Virus record (IMG/VR): IMGVR_UViG_2663763286_000013
Span: 1-6,984 of that record
DNA: 6,984 nucleotides
Strand: one strand, 5' to 3'
Source of the DNA: a virus
Taxonomy: Duplodnaviria > Heunggongvirae > Uroviricota > Caudoviricetes
Shown: one piece after another, positions 6,646 through 6,984 of the stretch
Layout: each line of letters starts with the position of its first letter
How positions within the stretch are numbered: position 1 is the stretch's first letter
The notes under the pieces: generated by a model
What the model was told of the DNA's origin: nothing
Databases searched by the model: none
The model's input: only the letters and a program-made list of their open reading frames with translations
Translations under genes and position numbers: made by a program

Positions 6646-6782
6646 CACTATCAGCTATTGAGTTAATGGATCTCAGCGATAAGTTGGATGCTCTGATGTC
6701 CAAAGCGGCTACCGCGAGTGGCATGGAGTTGCTGGATATCAGCGATGAAATTGACCAGATCATGCAACAGATGGGGTACTGA
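6642..6782 (+). CDS. Small ORF (46 aa) coupled to the DarA-like gene; possibly a 3'-truncated ddrA-like gene whose stop codon is supplied by the IS end
   Basis: ATG at 6642 overlaps the upstream TGA (ATGA). Encodes MTLSAIELMDLSDKLDALMSKAATASGMELLDISDEIDQIMQQMGY, with an internal 14-aa duplication. Its stop TGA (6780-6782) is the first three bases of the IS inverted repeat TGAACCGCC. Below the ORF-track length cutoff. Confidence 0.5.
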   Translation: MTLSAIELMDLSDKLDALMSKAATASGMELLDISDEIDQIMQQMGY

Positions 6783-6867
6783 ACCGCCCCGGGTTTCCTG
6801 GAGAGTATTTTATCTGTGAACTCTGAACCGCCCCGGGTTTCCTGGAGAGTATTTTATCTGTGAACTC
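6780..6867. repeat. Perfect 44-bp tandem duplication of the IS terminal inverted repeat
   Basis: 6780-6823 and 6824-6867 are both tgaaccgccccgggtttcctggagagtattttatctgtgaactc. The repeat starts with the IS3-group terminal motif TGAACCGCCCCGGG. Confidence 0.9.
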
Positions 6868-6984
6868 AGGCTGCCAGATCATTATTTCCGATGGAAGCAT
6901 AATAAGCTTTTTCTGCTTCTGCCGGAGGAATATGGCCCAGCCTTTCCAGCAATCGTCGATTGTTATACCAGTCCACCCACGTTA
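6824..6984 (-). mobile_element. Right-hand IS3-family insertion sequence (IS629/IS3411-like end), right inverted repeat plus orfB 3' end; continues beyond the window
   Basis: Terminal sequence TGAACCGCCCCGGGTTTCCTGGAGAG is an IS3-group-type inverted repeat, immediately followed by the stop of a minus-strand transposase orfB. Confidence 0.75.
6866..6984 (-). CDS. IS3-family transposase OrfB, C-terminal fragment (gene start beyond window end)
   Basis: Reverse complement of 6866-6984 translates …TWVDWYNNRRLLERLGHIPPAEAEKAYYASIGNNDLAA then stop (complement of tca at 6866-6868). This is the conserved C-terminal tail of IS3-family integrase-type transposases. Confidence 0.8.
   Translation of the reverse strand, partial: TWVDWYNNRRLLERLGHIPPAEAEKAYYASIGNNDLAA

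Noticed and set aside
4887-6648. Minus-strand ORFs overlapping the DarA-like gene (4887-5129, 4954-5172, 5395-5667, 5559-5822, 5828-6070, 5835-6020, 5863-6114, 6235-6648) and plus-strand 5003-5236
   Set aside because: All are embedded antisense or off-frame within a long, well-supported plus-strand ORF. They have no RBS and are Arg/Ser/Cys-rich, typical of spurious antisense frames.
6780-6867. 44-bp tandem repeat as a CRISPR array
   Set aside because: Only two copies, directly abutted with no spacer, and the unit is an IS terminal inverted repeat.
1-6984. Serine invertase (cin/pin-like) gene expected next to tail-fibre and tfa genes
   Set aside because: No ORF in any frame shows the resolvase/invertase N-terminal catalytic motif. 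Its absence is itself informative (see the degenerate invertible segment finding).

Overview
The window reads as a phage-derived (P1-like) segment bracketed by two IS3-family insertion sequences, both on the minus strand. From left to right: (i) the 5' end of an IS3-family orfA running off the window, with its IS terminus near position 127; (ii) a tail-fibre gene whose upstream part (128-372) is cut by the IS and frame-shifted relative to the well-conserved C-terminal part (369-1418, His-x-His repeats, ends [11 protein letters not shown]); (iii) a translationally coupled tail fibre assembly gene (1418-1996); (iv) a visibly AT-rich island (about 2000-3100) carrying a convergent hexapeptide-repeat, CysE-like acetyltransferase (2040-2612, minus) and about 490 bp of AT-rich non-coding DNA; (v) a minus-strand relic of a second tail fibre assembly gene (C-terminal domain only, 3101-3337) with no invertase gene anywhere, suggesting a degenerate invertible tail-fibre segment; (vi) a tight five-gene plus-strand operon (3366-6782): a 3-TM holin-like protein, a membrane-anchored protein, a 200-aa protein paralogous to a fragment of the next gene, a 639-aa coiled-coil protein, and a 46-aa ORF. 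I interpret this operon as a homologue of the phage P1 darA antirestriction operon (lydA-lydB-hdf-darA-ddrA); this is an inference from architecture, sizes and internal paralogy, not a database hit. (vii) The last small ORF is terminated by the TGA that begins the terminal inverted repeat of the right-hand IS, whose 44-bp end is present as a perfect tandem duplication (6780-6823, 6824-6867), followed by the 3' end of the IS orfB. No rRNA, tRNA or CRISPR array was seen.
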